From NCBI GenBank assembly GCA_963769935.1, contig CAVYNY010000013.1:224001-288000 (forward strand): DNA of 64,000 nt, in the 5' to 3' direction. Source of the DNA: an uncultured delta proteobacterium. Its GTDB lineage: Bacteria; Desulfobacterota; Desulfobacteria; Desulfobacterales; JAFDCJ01. Under the pieces are notes generated by a model. That model was not told where the DNA came from, made no database searches, and saw nothing but the letters and a program-made list of their open reading frames with translations. The first letter of the stretch is position 1. Each line of letters opens with the position of its first letter. The position numbers and the translations under genes are program-made. Below, piece after piece: positions 30,579 through 40,272 of the stretch.

Positions 30579-30656
30579 AGGAGAAGTCGAAAATGAAAAA
30601 ATGATTGAACCAAAACCTGTCCACCGCCGATGTTGGGTTTCGCCCAAGGAGGTATT

Positions 30657-32924
30657 ATGCTATACGAAAGAGAGGCTCTGCGTTATCATAAAGAACCGCG
30701 GCCCGGCAAGATCGAGGTTGTTCCCAGCAAGCCCTGCCTGTCCCAATCCGACTTAAGCCTGGCCTATACCCCCGGGGTTGCCGTCCCCTGCCTGAAAATC
30801 AGGCAAAACCCGGAGCTGGCATACGATTATACCATCAAGGGCAACCTGGTTGCGGTCATCACCAATGGAACGGCGGTTTTGGGGCTCGGCAACATCGGGC
30901 CTCTGGCCGGTAAACCGGTGATGGAAGGCAAGGCAGTTCTTTTTAAACGCTTTGCCGACCTGGATGTCTTTGATATCGAAATCGATACTCATGATCCGGA
31001 TGTATTTATCAGGACCGTCAAAGTGCTGGAGCCGACTTTCGGCGGTATCAACCTTGAGGACATTAAAGCACCGGACTGTTTCTACATCGAAGAACAGCTC
31101 ACCAAGCTGATGTCCATTCCGGTTTTCCATGACGACCAGCACGGTACCGCCATTATTTCCGGCGCCGCCATGCTAAACAGCTGCGAACTGACCGGCCGCA
31201 AATTGGAAGACCTGCGGGTGGTAATCCTCGGTGCCGGCGCGGCTGGTATTGCCTCTGCAAAAATGTACGTTCACTTGGGGGTGAAAAAAGAAAATATCAT
31301 TCTGGTTGACTCCAAAGGCGTTATCTTCAAAGGGCGCACCGCTGGGATGAACCCCTACAAAGAGGCGTTCGCCGCGGATACCGCCATGCGCACCCTGGCC
31401 GATGCGGTCAAAGGTGCCGACATGCTGGTGGGCCTGTCGGTGGCGGGTGCTTTTAGCCCGGAGCTGATCAAACAGATGAGCGATCGGCCGATAATCTTCG
31501 CCCTGGCCAATCCGGAACCCGAAATCGGCTATGACGAGGCCAAAGCCGCCCGGCCGGATGCCATCGTCGCCACCGGCCGCACCGATTATCCCAACCAGGT
31601 CAATAACGTTCTCGGGTTTCCCTTTATCTTCCGCGGGGCGCTGGATGTTCGCGCCCGGGCCATCAACGAACACATGAAAGTTGCGGCGGTCCGGGCACTG
31701 GCCGCTTTGGCCCGGGAGGATGTGCCCGATTCGGTGACCCGCGCTTATGGAGGCCGTCCCATATTTTTTGGACCCGAGTATATCATCCCCAAACCACTGG
31801 ACTCCCGGGTGTTGCTGACGGTCGCCCCGGCAGTTGCAAATGCCGCTGTTGAAAGCGGCGTTGCCGGAATCCGGCTGCCCGGGAAAAAGGGATATATCCA
31901 GGCGTTGGAGACTCGGCTGGGCCCCGAACGGGAGATCATGCGCAAGATCTTTACCCGTGCGCAACAAAATCCGAAGCGGATCGTATTGCCCGAAGGAAAC
32001 CATCCGGTTATCCTGCGCGCCGCCCACCAGGTGGTCCATGAAGGAATTGCACGCCCCTTGCTGCTCGGCAATGAGGCGGAAATCCGCGCTCTGGCCGATA
32101 GCCTCAAGATCCCCACCGAAGGCATCGAAATCCTGGACAACCTGAAAAGTCCGCTTTATGGCGAATTTGTGGATAAACTCTATCAAATGAGGGCCCGCAA
32201 AGGTTGGTCTTTGGCCGAAACCAACCGGCAGCTTCGCAGCCGCTATATCTTTGGCGCCATGATGGTCCGTGAAGGTTTGGTCGACGGCCAAGTCCACGGC
32301 ATCACACGCTCTTATCCCGATGCCATTCGGCCGGTCTTGCAGGTCATCGCGCGGCGCCCCGGCGTTTCAAAGGTCTGCGGAGTCTATCTTATGATTTTTA
32401 AGGACCGCAGTCTGCTTTTCGCCGACGCTACCGTAAATATCGACCCGAGTTCGGAAGACCTGGCCCAAATTGCATTACTGGCTTCAGAAATGGCCGAATT
32501 CTTCGACTTGCCGCCGAGGGTGGCCATGCTTTCATTTTCAAACTTCGGCAACACACGCCATCCGGACGCCAAACGGGTGGAAGCCGCGGTAAGGATCGTC
32601 CGTGAGCGCAAACCGGAGCTGATCGTCGACGGCGAGATGCAGGCCGACACGGCCGTCAGCGAAGACATCCTGAATGGGCTCTTCCCGTTCAATCGCCTCG
32701 GCGGACCCGCCAATGTACTGATCTTTCCGAATTTGGCCGCCGGCAATGTCTCCTATAAGCTCCTGGAGCGGTTGGGGGGCGCCAAGGCGGTCGGCCCCCT
32801 GTTGATGGGCATCAGCCGGCCTTTCAACGTCCTGCAGCGGGCAACCTATATGGAAAACGTGGTCAATGTGATTGCCATTACCGTCGCCCAGGCTCACGAC
32901 CTGGCGCGAAAACAGAAAGCATAG
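30657..32924 (+). CDS. maeB: NADP-dependent malic enzyme with C-terminal PTA-like domain
   Basis: [30 protein letters not shown] and PTA domain DGEMQAD; AGGAGG RBS. Confidence 0.95.
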   Translation: MLYEREALRYHKEPRPGKIEVVPSKPCLSQSDLSLAYTPGVAVPCLKIRQNPELAYDYTIKGNLVAVITNGTAVLGLGNIGPLAGKPVMEGKAVLFKRFADLDVFDIEIDTHDPDVFIRTVKVLEPTFGGINLEDIKAPDCFYIEEQLTKLMSIPVFHDDQHGTAIISGAAMLNSCELTGRKLEDLRVVILGAGAAGIASAKMYVHLGVKKENIILVDSKGVIFKGRTAGMNPYKEAFAADTAMRTLADAVKGADMLVGLSVAGAFSPELIKQMSDRPIIFALANPEPEIGYDEAKAARPDAIVATGRTDYPNQVNNVLGFPFIFRGALDVRARAINEHMKVAAVRALAALAREDVPDSVTRAYGGRPIFFGPEYIIPKPLDSRVLLTVAPAVANAAVESGVAGIRLPGKKGYIQALETRLGPEREIMRKIFTRAQQNPKRIVLPEGNHPVILRAAHQVVHEGIARPLLLGNEAEIRALADSLKIPTEGIEILDNLKSPLYGEFVDKLYQMRARKGWSLAETNRQLRSRYIFGAMMVREGLVDGQVHGITRSYPDAIRPVLQVIARRPGVSKVCGVYLMIFKDRSLLFADATVNIDPSSEDLAQIALLASEMAEFFDLPPRVAMLSFSNFGNTRHPDAKRVEAAVRIVRERKPELIVDGEMQADTAVSEDILNGLFPFNRLGGPANVLIFPNLAAGNVSYKLLERLGGAKAVGPLLMGISRPFNVLQRATYMENVVNVIAITVAQAHDLARKQKA

Positions 32925-32958
32925 AGTCTTATTTGTTATTTCTTTACATTTTATGAAA

Positions 32959-33089
32959 TCCGTCTCAGGCGGATCATCACGAAAACACGAAATATAGAAA
33001 GCACGAAATTTTTCTTTTCTCTTTTTCGTGCTTTCGTCCCTTCGTGCTTTCGTGATTAATTTCCTTCTTGGTTCTCCGCCTGCGGTGGA
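32959..33089. repeat. Palindromic element with 8-bp-period arms (CACGAAAR / YTTCGTG) flanked by CCGYCT..GGYGGA mini-palindromes
   Basis: ATCACGAAAACACGAAATATAGAAAGCACGAAA ... TTTCGTGCTTTCGTCCCTTCGTGCTTTCGTGAT at 32976-33056. Confidence 0.8.
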
Positions 33090-33329
33090 TCCGGGTTAGG
33101 TTTATTCTATGCTACAATCAGAGGTCTTCTATGGAAAATCACTCCACGGAAAATGAGCCCCATCTGTTCGACAGACTGCTGCGCAATGAGACGGCCTTTG
33201 CGATTCAGCGGCGACTTCAGTTGAAGGGCATCACCGCCGTGATTTTACCCATTCATATCGCAGTGTGACAGCCGAAGGTAGTTATGTGGAGACCAAAAGT
33301 AAGCAACCCGAATCCTGTGGCAGCGATGA

Positions 33330-33621
33330 TCCGATCATCGAAGCTCAAGTTGTGGATTAAAAGAAGGGGGAGACGTTGGGAAAAATTGCGAATTTAGTCG
33401 TCGACCTCGATACCGGAAAAATTGTGTGCGCCGTGCTTGAATCCGGTGGTTTTTTGGGCATCGGTGAAAAGCTCTTTCCCGTTCCCTGGGGGTCCCTTGC
33501 AGCGCTTCCATCAGAAGGTAGATTCTTCCTCAACCAATCGAAAGAACAAATGGCAAAAGCACCTGCTTTTGATAAAAAATATTTGACTCTAAAACAGTTA
33601 AAACCATCTCAGGACAAGTGA
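33330..33621 (+). pseudogene. PRC-barrel domain protein remnant
   Basis: GETLGKI..LVVD..TGKI..AVLESGGFLGIGEKLFPVPW..L..APAFD; no intact start. Confidence 0.7.
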
Positions 33622-33917
33622 TAAAAATAGACCAACCCCCAGAATCTGGATTTGGTTTGCAAATGCGATTGACTGTTTTTATCGACAAAAAAGAGATTCT
33701 GCCGGTTTACCTGGGTCCCGCCTACTACCTTGTAGGCCCCTGGCAGGCAAAACATATCAAATTAGGCGCTGAAGTCACCGTGAGCGGCTCCCTGGTCAAA
33801 GTTAAAGATGAGCCTTTAATGATCGCCGTAACCGTGAAGCAAGGAAATGCAGTCTTGCGTTTGAGAGACCAGGCGGGAATCCCAGCTTGGATTGGATGGA
33901 AAAAAACGAGCGATTGA
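33618..33917 (+). pseudogene. N-terminally truncated OB-fold-like exported protein (resembles MamS/MamX-type domain)
   Basis: VYLGPAYY..G..VTVSGS..LRLRD..GIPAW motif; no signal peptide. Confidence 0.5.
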
Positions 33918-34086
33918 TCGCGTGACCGCGAAACAGGGGTGGAAGCGCACCACATAAGCACAGGCGCCTGGTGCTGGATAACGCATTAACTGGATATGGG
34001 TGATGATTTCCACGGATGGGAAGTCGTGGCGTTGTGGGATGACGCTCGCTTTGGGCTTGCGCACAGAAACGATAAGGACGTTTATC

Positions 34087-36498
34087 ATGAAATCAAAATC
34101 ATCAATTGTCTTATTTGCCTTTCTAATAATAGCGTTCCTGGTGCTGCTCTCCCTTTTTGTGGGATATTACGGCGACTGGCTGTGGTTTCGGAATATGGGT
34201 TTTGGCGCAGTATTTACCACGATCCTGTGGGCAAAGATCCTGTTGTTTTTTGTTTTTTTCATAATATTTGGCATTTTCGCCGGGGGGAACATTGTCATTG
34301 CAAGGGGACGGGGAATCCATACCCGCTCCTTGAAAGAGGTTTCCCCTGAACAACGCCTGACGCGTTTTGATATCGTTTTCAGCAATAAATACGCCAAATA
34401 TTCATGGGCTGCGATTATTCTGTTTTTTTCATTCATCATGGGTTCACAGGCATCCGGCTCATGGGAAACATTTTTGAAATTTCTGCATGCCTCCAAATTC
34501 GGGGTTGCCGACCCGATTTTTTCAAAGGATGCGGGCTTCTATGTTTTTCGCCTGCCGCTCTATAATTTTTTTGAGGGATGGTACTTTTTTTGTTTAATCA
34601 TTGCTTCCATCGGGGTCTATTTTGTGGTTCTCATAGGTTTTTCCTGGATTTATCCCGCCCTGATTGAACAATATGCGGTTAAGCCCACCGAGCTGACAAA
34701 GGAAACACCCTATATCCTCCATAACATAAAATTCACCCGTCTGGCCTTTGGGTTAGACAAGGTCGAAGAAAAACCTTTCGCGGTGCGGCAATCCATGACC
34801 TACGATGACATAAAGGAGAATGACGCCACCATCCATAACATCAGGCTCTGGGATACCCGGCCGTTGATCGAGACTTACAGACAATTGCAGGAAATCCGGC
34901 TTTATTATAATTTCAAAAATGTGGATGTGGATCGGTATCATTTCAAGGAGAGCTATACGCAGGTCGCCCTTGCAGCCAGAGAATTGCCTGCTTCGCAGCT
35001 TCCTGCCCGCGCCAGCACCTGGCTCAACATACATCTGAAATACACGCACGGTTACGGCTTGGTCATGAGCCCTGTAAACGAGGTCACAAAAGACGGTATG
35101 CCCGATCTCATTGTACAAAACATCCCTCCCAGCTCAAACGTCTTATCTATTACCCGTCCGGAAATCTACTATGGTGAGCAAACTGATCAGTATGCCCTTG
35201 TCAACACCAAAACCAAAGAGTTCGATTACCCAAGCGGCAATCAAAATGTGTATACCTCCTATCAGGGAAAGGGCGGCGTCCGGCTTTCCAGCCTTTTTCG
35301 AAGGCTGGTTTACACCTGGAACTTTTCGGACATAAAAATCCTCCTGACCAACTACCTGACAAACGAGAGCCGGATCATGTTCCATCGAGACATCGCGGAC
35401 CGTGATAATACGATTGCACCTTTTCTGGGGTATGATTCTGATCCCTATCTGGTAGTGGGCAAGGATGGCAACTTGTACTGGATACATGACGCATATACCA
35501 CCTCGAACATGTTTCCTTACTCACAGCCTTTTTCTCAGTCACTAAACAGCAGCGGACTCAATTACATTCGCAATTCCGTAAAGGTAGTCATTGATGCCTA
35601 TAACGGAGACGTTTCCTATTACGTCATTGATCCTTCAGATCCGCTGGTCCAGACCTATGAGAAAATCTTTCCCACCCTGTTTAAACCCATCAGCGAGATG
35701 TCTGCCTTTCTAAAGAGGCATATACGTTACCCCACGGATCTATTCCTGATCCAGGGACAAATGTACAATACATTCCACATGACAAACCCCCAGGTTTTCT
35801 ATAACCAGGAAGATTTGTGGAGTTTAGCAACGGAGGTTTACGATAAGAATGAGCAGCCAATGCTGCCTTATTATATCATCATGAGGTTACCGGACACCAA
35901 ATCGGAGGAGTTTATCTTGATGGTCCCTTTCACACCATCGAAGAAGAACAATATGGTGGCCTGGCTGTGCGCGCGCTGTGACGGCGATAATTACGGCCAA
36001 TTACTGGAATACAGCCTCTCCAAGGAAAAGTTGATTTACGGGCCATTGCAAATTGACGCCCGGATAAACCAGAAACCCGATATCTCTTCCAGTTTGACTC
36101 TCTGGGGACAAATGGGATCCAGCGTGATTCGAGGGAATTTGCTTGTGATCCCGATTGAGCATTCTTTCCTGTATGTAGAGCCTGTTTACCTCCAGGCGGA
36201 ACAAAGCAAGATGCCGGAATTAAAGCGTGTCATCGTTTCCCTTGGAAATCAATTGCAAATGCGCGATAATCTGGATGATGCCCTGCGAGCCGTCTTTTCT
36301 TTAGAGGCCGCTCCTCCCGCGCAAATACAAGAAGCCCTCACCGGATTACCAACCGGGCCCCTGTCCGACATGGCACAAGAGGCCCTGAACCATTACAATA
36401 AGGCCCTGGATTATCTAAAAAATGCTGACTGGACAAAATATGGTCAGGAATTAGATAAGATCAGGGATATTTTACAACGTATGGCCAAAAATAAATGA
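34087..36498 (+). CDS. UPF0182 family membrane protein with probable in-frame internal deletion
   Basis: DWLWF, DPIF..D.GFYVF.LP, NIRLWD, YTHGYG, PEIYYGE, NYIRNSVK, RYP.DLF, VEPVY; TM block with the GA.YTD motif appears absent. Confidence 0.85.
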   Translation: MKSKSSIVLFAFLIIAFLVLLSLFVGYYGDWLWFRNMGFGAVFTTILWAKILLFFVFFIIFGIFAGGNIVIARGRGIHTRSLKEVSPEQRLTRFDIVFSNKYAKYSWAAIILFFSFIMGSQASGSWETFLKFLHASKFGVADPIFSKDAGFYVFRLPLYNFFEGWYFFCLIIASIGVYFVVLIGFSWIYPALIEQYAVKPTELTKETPYILHNIKFTRLAFGLDKVEEKPFAVRQSMTYDDIKENDATIHNIRLWDTRPLIETYRQLQEIRLYYNFKNVDVDRYHFKESYTQVALAARELPASQLPARASTWLNIHLKYTHGYGLVMSPVNEVTKDGMPDLIVQNIPPSSNVLSITRPEIYYGEQTDQYALVNTKTKEFDYPSGNQNVYTSYQGKGGVRLSSLFRRLVYTWNFSDIKILLTNYLTNESRIMFHRDIADRDNTIAPFLGYDSDPYLVVGKDGNLYWIHDAYTTSNMFPYSQPFSQSLNSSGLNYIRNSVKVVIDAYNGDVSYYVIDPSDPLVQTYEKIFPTLFKPISEMSAFLKRHIRYPTDLFLIQGQMYNTFHMTNPQVFYNQEDLWSLATEVYDKNEQPMLPYYIIMRLPDTKSEEFILMVPFTPSKKNNMVAWLCARCDGDNYGQLLEYSLSKEKLIYGPLQIDARINQKPDISSSLTLWGQMGSSVIRGNLLVIPIEHSFLYVEPVYLQAEQSKMPELKRVIVSLGNQLQMRDNLDDALRAVFSLEAAPPAQIQEALTGLPTGPLSDMAQEALNHYNKALDYLKNADWTKYGQELDKIRDILQRMAKNK

Positions 36499-36631
36499 TG
36501 CGGCGTCAGAACTCCAAAAAGCGGGCCATAGGGCCGCCAGGCACCTGATTCAGAGGACTGAGGAGGCAAAACCGAAAACGATTGAGATTAAAGCGGAATG
36601 AAATGACATATGCTCTAAGGCGGAAAGTGAT

Positions 36632-37648
36632 GTGATGAAAGGCAGATACCTCGGCCACCTCTCCCGCAGCGATCCCCTGAACGGTTATATCCAGGGGCAT
36701 ATCGCCCCCCAACTGGGGTTTTACGCCCCCGATGCGGTCTACAGGGTCTTCAAGTTCACCTGCTCCCGGTCCGTCTACCTCTATGAAGAGCAGCAGAGCA
36801 AGGTCCGCATCGTGGCGAAATTCCACCAAAATCATCTTCCGGGCGCGTCCTTTTTCCCCCGGAAAACCGGCGAAAAGGAGTTCAATGACCTTTTGTATAT
36901 ACGCAGCCTTGGCTTTACCTCCACCCCGCACTACGTGGTCAGGCCCCTGGGGTACAACCCGGGCATCGGCAACGCCCTGCTGGTGGAGTATCTGGAGGGC
37001 GATCAGTTGTCTTCGGTGATCAACAACGCTATTTTCCAGGGCAACTGTGGTCGTCTCTACCAAAAGCTGGCCGCTTTGGCCCATTTTCTGGTTTCTCTGC
37101 ATAACCGCACCGCCGGGGATTGGCGCGTTAACCATGAAGAAACCCACGACTATGCCGGCAAGCTCATCCATTCCCTGGTGACCAAATGGGGAATGGACGC
37201 GGCGGATTCGGGGGAACTCTACTTTCTGCGCGACCAGTGGCGATCCAAAAGCTGCATGTGGGAGGACCGGGCCGTGCTGGTCCACGGCGACGCCACGCCG
37301 TCGAACTTCCTGTTCGGTCACGGCCGCCACACTATGGCCATCGATTTCGAGCGCATGAAATGGGCTGACCGCGTCTTCGATCTGGGTAGGCTGTGCGGCG
37401 AACTTAAGCATTTTTTCTTCCAGGCCACGGGCGATGCCTACGCGGCCGAGCCCTTCATCGGTCATTTCCTCTGGGAATACTGCTGCCACTTTCCCGACCG
37501 CATGAGCGCCTTTAGGTCCATCACCCGGCGTACGCCTTTCCATATGGGGATCACCCTGCTGCGCATCGCCCGAAATTCCTGGATCGACTGGGAATACCGG
37601 TGGCGGCTGATCCGCGAGGCCAAGGCCATCCTGAGAGTATTGCCATGA
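36632..37648 (+). CDS. APH/choline-kinase-like phosphotransferase
   Basis: Brenner motif HGDATPSN, IDFE, FDLG. Confidence 0.8.
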   Translation: MMKGRYLGHLSRSDPLNGYIQGHIAPQLGFYAPDAVYRVFKFTCSRSVYLYEEQQSKVRIVAKFHQNHLPGASFFPRKTGEKEFNDLLYIRSLGFTSTPHYVVRPLGYNPGIGNALLVEYLEGDQLSSVINNAIFQGNCGRLYQKLAALAHFLVSLHNRTAGDWRVNHEETHDYAGKLIHSLVTKWGMDAADSGELYFLRDQWRSKSCMWEDRAVLVHGDATPSNFLFGHGRHTMAIDFERMKWADRVFDLGRLCGELKHFFFQATGDAYAAEPFIGHFLWEYCCHFPDRMSAFRSITRRTPFHMGITLLRIARNSWIDWEYRWRLIREAKAILRVLP

Positions 37649-37761
37649 TCATCAAGGCTATCCTTTTCGACATCAACACCGACGAAGCCAACGAGGAAAT
37701 CTACCGGGGGATAAGTGACCCTGAGATCCCAGTAAGTTACGAAACCTGCAGCATGGAATAA
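37645..37761 (+). pseudogene. HAD-family hydrolase N-terminal remnant
   Basis: MIIKAILFDINTDEANEEIYRGIS; motif I DxxGT collapsed, stop after 38 aa; ATGA overlap with the kinase gene. Confidence 0.65.
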
Positions 37762-37778
37762 ACAGGAGAATGCTCATT

Positions 37779-38410
37779 ATGAAACCCAATACCAATCAAC
37801 CCAAGGCGCCTGAATCGAAGCCGGGATCGAAGGCCAAGGCGAAGGACGATCTAAAATCCCTTTCCCTGCCGGAACTGCAGGCAAAGCGGTGATGATCGTG
37901 ATGCCGGCGCTGCTCAACGACGGGGCGATTCTGTCCATTGCCTATGACAACGTTCATTACAAGGACAAGCCCGAGGCCTGGAACATGCGCATGGTGCTGG
38001 GGATCGCCACGGTGCTGGGCGTCATCGGACCCGCGGCGGCGTTTGGTCTGTTTTACCTCGGCGAGCGCGTCTCTCACCTGGACCGTGCGCACATCCAAAC
38101 GCCGATGTACCTGATGCTGTCCGTGGCCGGACATCTGACGATTTTTCTGATGCGCACGCGCGGCCCGTTCTGGTCCATCCGTCCCGCGCCGATTTTATGG
38201 GCGGCCGTGCTCGGCACACAAGCCGTGGCGACGTTGATCGCGGTTTATGGGCTGTTTATGACGCCCCTCGGCTGGGGTTGGGCGGGGTTCGTTTGGGGAT
38301 ACGCGCTGATATGGGCGCTTTTGAGTGACCGCGTGAAGCTGCTGGCGTATCGGGTGTTCGATCCAACTGCCGCGCCCCTATTATATAAAAAATCGTATGT
38401 AACACCATAG
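37779..38410 (+). pseudogene. Plasma-membrane-type H+-exporting P-type ATPase, most of the gene deleted
   Basis: AGGAG RBS and N-terminus ending DDLKSLSLPELQAK joined out of frame at about 37888 to the C-terminus ALLNDGAILSIAYDNV..RTRGPFWS; no DKTGT. Confidence 0.85.
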
Positions 38411-38527
38411 CCCGTATGGAACCAAATCTAGCTATACCGGATTCAAGGGATGATGACATATCTTCCCAAGGCAGCCGGTAAAATCAGATCGTATTTAATC
38501 AACCTACAAATGTTAAAGGGAGGACCT

Positions 38528-38977
38528 ATGATTTCAAACATTCTTGTGCCGACAGACGGATCAGAGGCAGCTCAAAAGGCTGCCAGGTATGCCATTGACC
38601 TCGCAACCCAATTAAAATGCTCGATAATTGTTCTGAGCATCATTGATAATCGATCTCTTGTGGCCCAGGCAATGCCCGCCCAGGAGAACGCCCGGCATAT
38701 TATAGAGCCGATCGAGGATTATCTGAGAGAGGCTGCCGAGGAGTATGCAAAAGAAATAAAGAAAATCTGCGATGAAAATGGTGTCCAATCAAAGATTTTG
38801 GTGACGTCGGGACATCCGGCTGAAGAAATTACAAAAGAAGCTGAGAGTTCCAATGTAGATCTCATTGTTATGGGTTCTCATGGGAGAAGCGCTTTAGCGG
38901 CTGCGTTCCTCGGCAGCGTTACCTACAGCATAATCCACAAAGAGTCAAAAATTCCTGTTCTCGTGGTCAGGCGATGA
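38528..38977 (+). CDS. Universal stress protein
   Basis: ILVPTDGS, DLIVMGSHGRS..LGSV; GGAGG RBS. Confidence 0.93.
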   Translation: MISNILVPTDGSEAAQKAARYAIDLATQLKCSIIVLSIIDNRSLVAQAMPAQENARHIIEPIEDYLREAAEEYAKEIKKICDENGVQSKILVTSGHPAEEITKEAESSNVDLIVMGSHGRSALAAAFLGSVTYSIIHKESKIPVLVVRR

Positions 38978-39243
38978 AGGACTAAATTATAAGGGGCACC
39001 GGAAAAGTGAACAGGTTAGTTGAATGTTGTCCATACTTTTCTTGGCATCCAAACCGCCGGCGGAAGATAGGGCACATCAAAATTTAAAATACGGTCTCTT
39101 TTTTCATAATATACGACATTCACCGTATTTAAGGATTACCGCTAGAAATGTAAAGAATCCTGGCCCAGAGGAGCAGGTTTTCAATGTTGGAATAAAGCTG
39201 CTGAGCCTGCTAGCGACGGCACGCCATTTGAGGAGGGAAAGCC

Positions 39244-40093
39244 ATGAAAGTGAGTTCTTTTGCAGGAAAACCGGCCGAAGCATCGATGCTGGTGAACGTA
39301 CCTAAACTGATCACGGCCTGTTATACCGAGGTGCCTGACCCTTCGATGCCGGAGCAACGGGTTTCCTTCGGCACCTCGGGGCATCGCGGTTCCGCCTTCG
39401 AGAAGTCCTTCAACGAATGGCATGTCCTCGCCATCAGCCAGGCCATTTGCCTGTACCGCAGGCAGCACAAACTCGATGGACCCCTGTTTCTCGGCATGGA
39501 CACGCATGCGCTCTCCGTGCCGGCTCTTGCCGGCTCTTGCCGGCACGCTGGAGGTGCTGGGGGCAAACGGGGTGGACGTCAAGATTGCAGAGACGGATGA
39601 ATATACCCCGACCCCTGCGGTTTCCCACGCGATTCTCACGCACAACCGCGAGCGCAGGACTGCTGCCGCCTAACCACTACCTTGCGGTCGCCATCTTCTA
39701 TCTCTTCCAACACCGGCCGAAGTGGCGCACGGAAACGGCGGTCGGCAAGACGGTGGTGAGCAGCCGGATGATCGATCGCGTCACTGCGAAGCTGGAGCGG
39801 ATGCTCTACGAGGTGCCGGTCGGCTTCAAGTGGTTTGTCGAAGGTCTATTGGACGGCTCGCTTGGCTTCGGCGGGGAAGAGCGTGCGGGCGTGTCGTTTG
39901 TCCGTCGGGATGGTGCGCGGCGCGTCCGTCAGGGACGGAAGACATCTACAAGATCTATGCGGAGAGCTTCCGCGCAGCGGATCATCTGCGCCGCATCCTG
40001 GAGGAAGCGCAGGCAATCGTCACCGATGCTCTGGCCGCTTCCGTGCACCCCCCGGGGACTGCGGTCAAGACAAATTCGAAGGAAAAGCCATGA
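39244..40093 (+). pseudogene. pgm: Phosphoglucomutase, fragmented
   Basis: [62 protein letters not shown] in shifting frames; 10-bp tandem duplication 39519-39544; SHNP and DxDxD motifs absent. Confidence 0.9.
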
Positions 40094-40227
40094 GCCAACA
40101 AACACGTGCCGGCCACCCGATATACAAGCTTCTGCCTAGGGAAGTTGCCGGATTCGACCCCTTGGCCGAGTTGGCCCTGGCCAGGCGCTGGTCATGGAAT
40201 CATGCCGCCGACGAAGTAATGGTTTAG
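40090..40227 (+). pseudogene. glgP: Alpha-glucan phosphorylase N-terminal remnant
   Basis: LP..V.GFD.LAELAL..RWSWNHAADEV then stop; ATGA overlap with pgm. Confidence 0.75.
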
Positions 40228-40272
40228 GTTGTTGGGTATAAAGCCGCAGCACTTTAAAAAAGGGACATCAAA

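Noticed and set aside
33618..33917. Magnetosome island
   Set aside because: One truncated generic domain and no other mam genes
36506..37543. Long antisense ORFs (also 27375-28496, 31173-32297, 18044-18766)
   Set aside because: They shadow well-supported genes on the other strand and have no recognisable motifs
36632..37648. Aminoglycoside resistance gene
   Set aside because: Only superfamily motifs; the context points to carbohydrate metabolism
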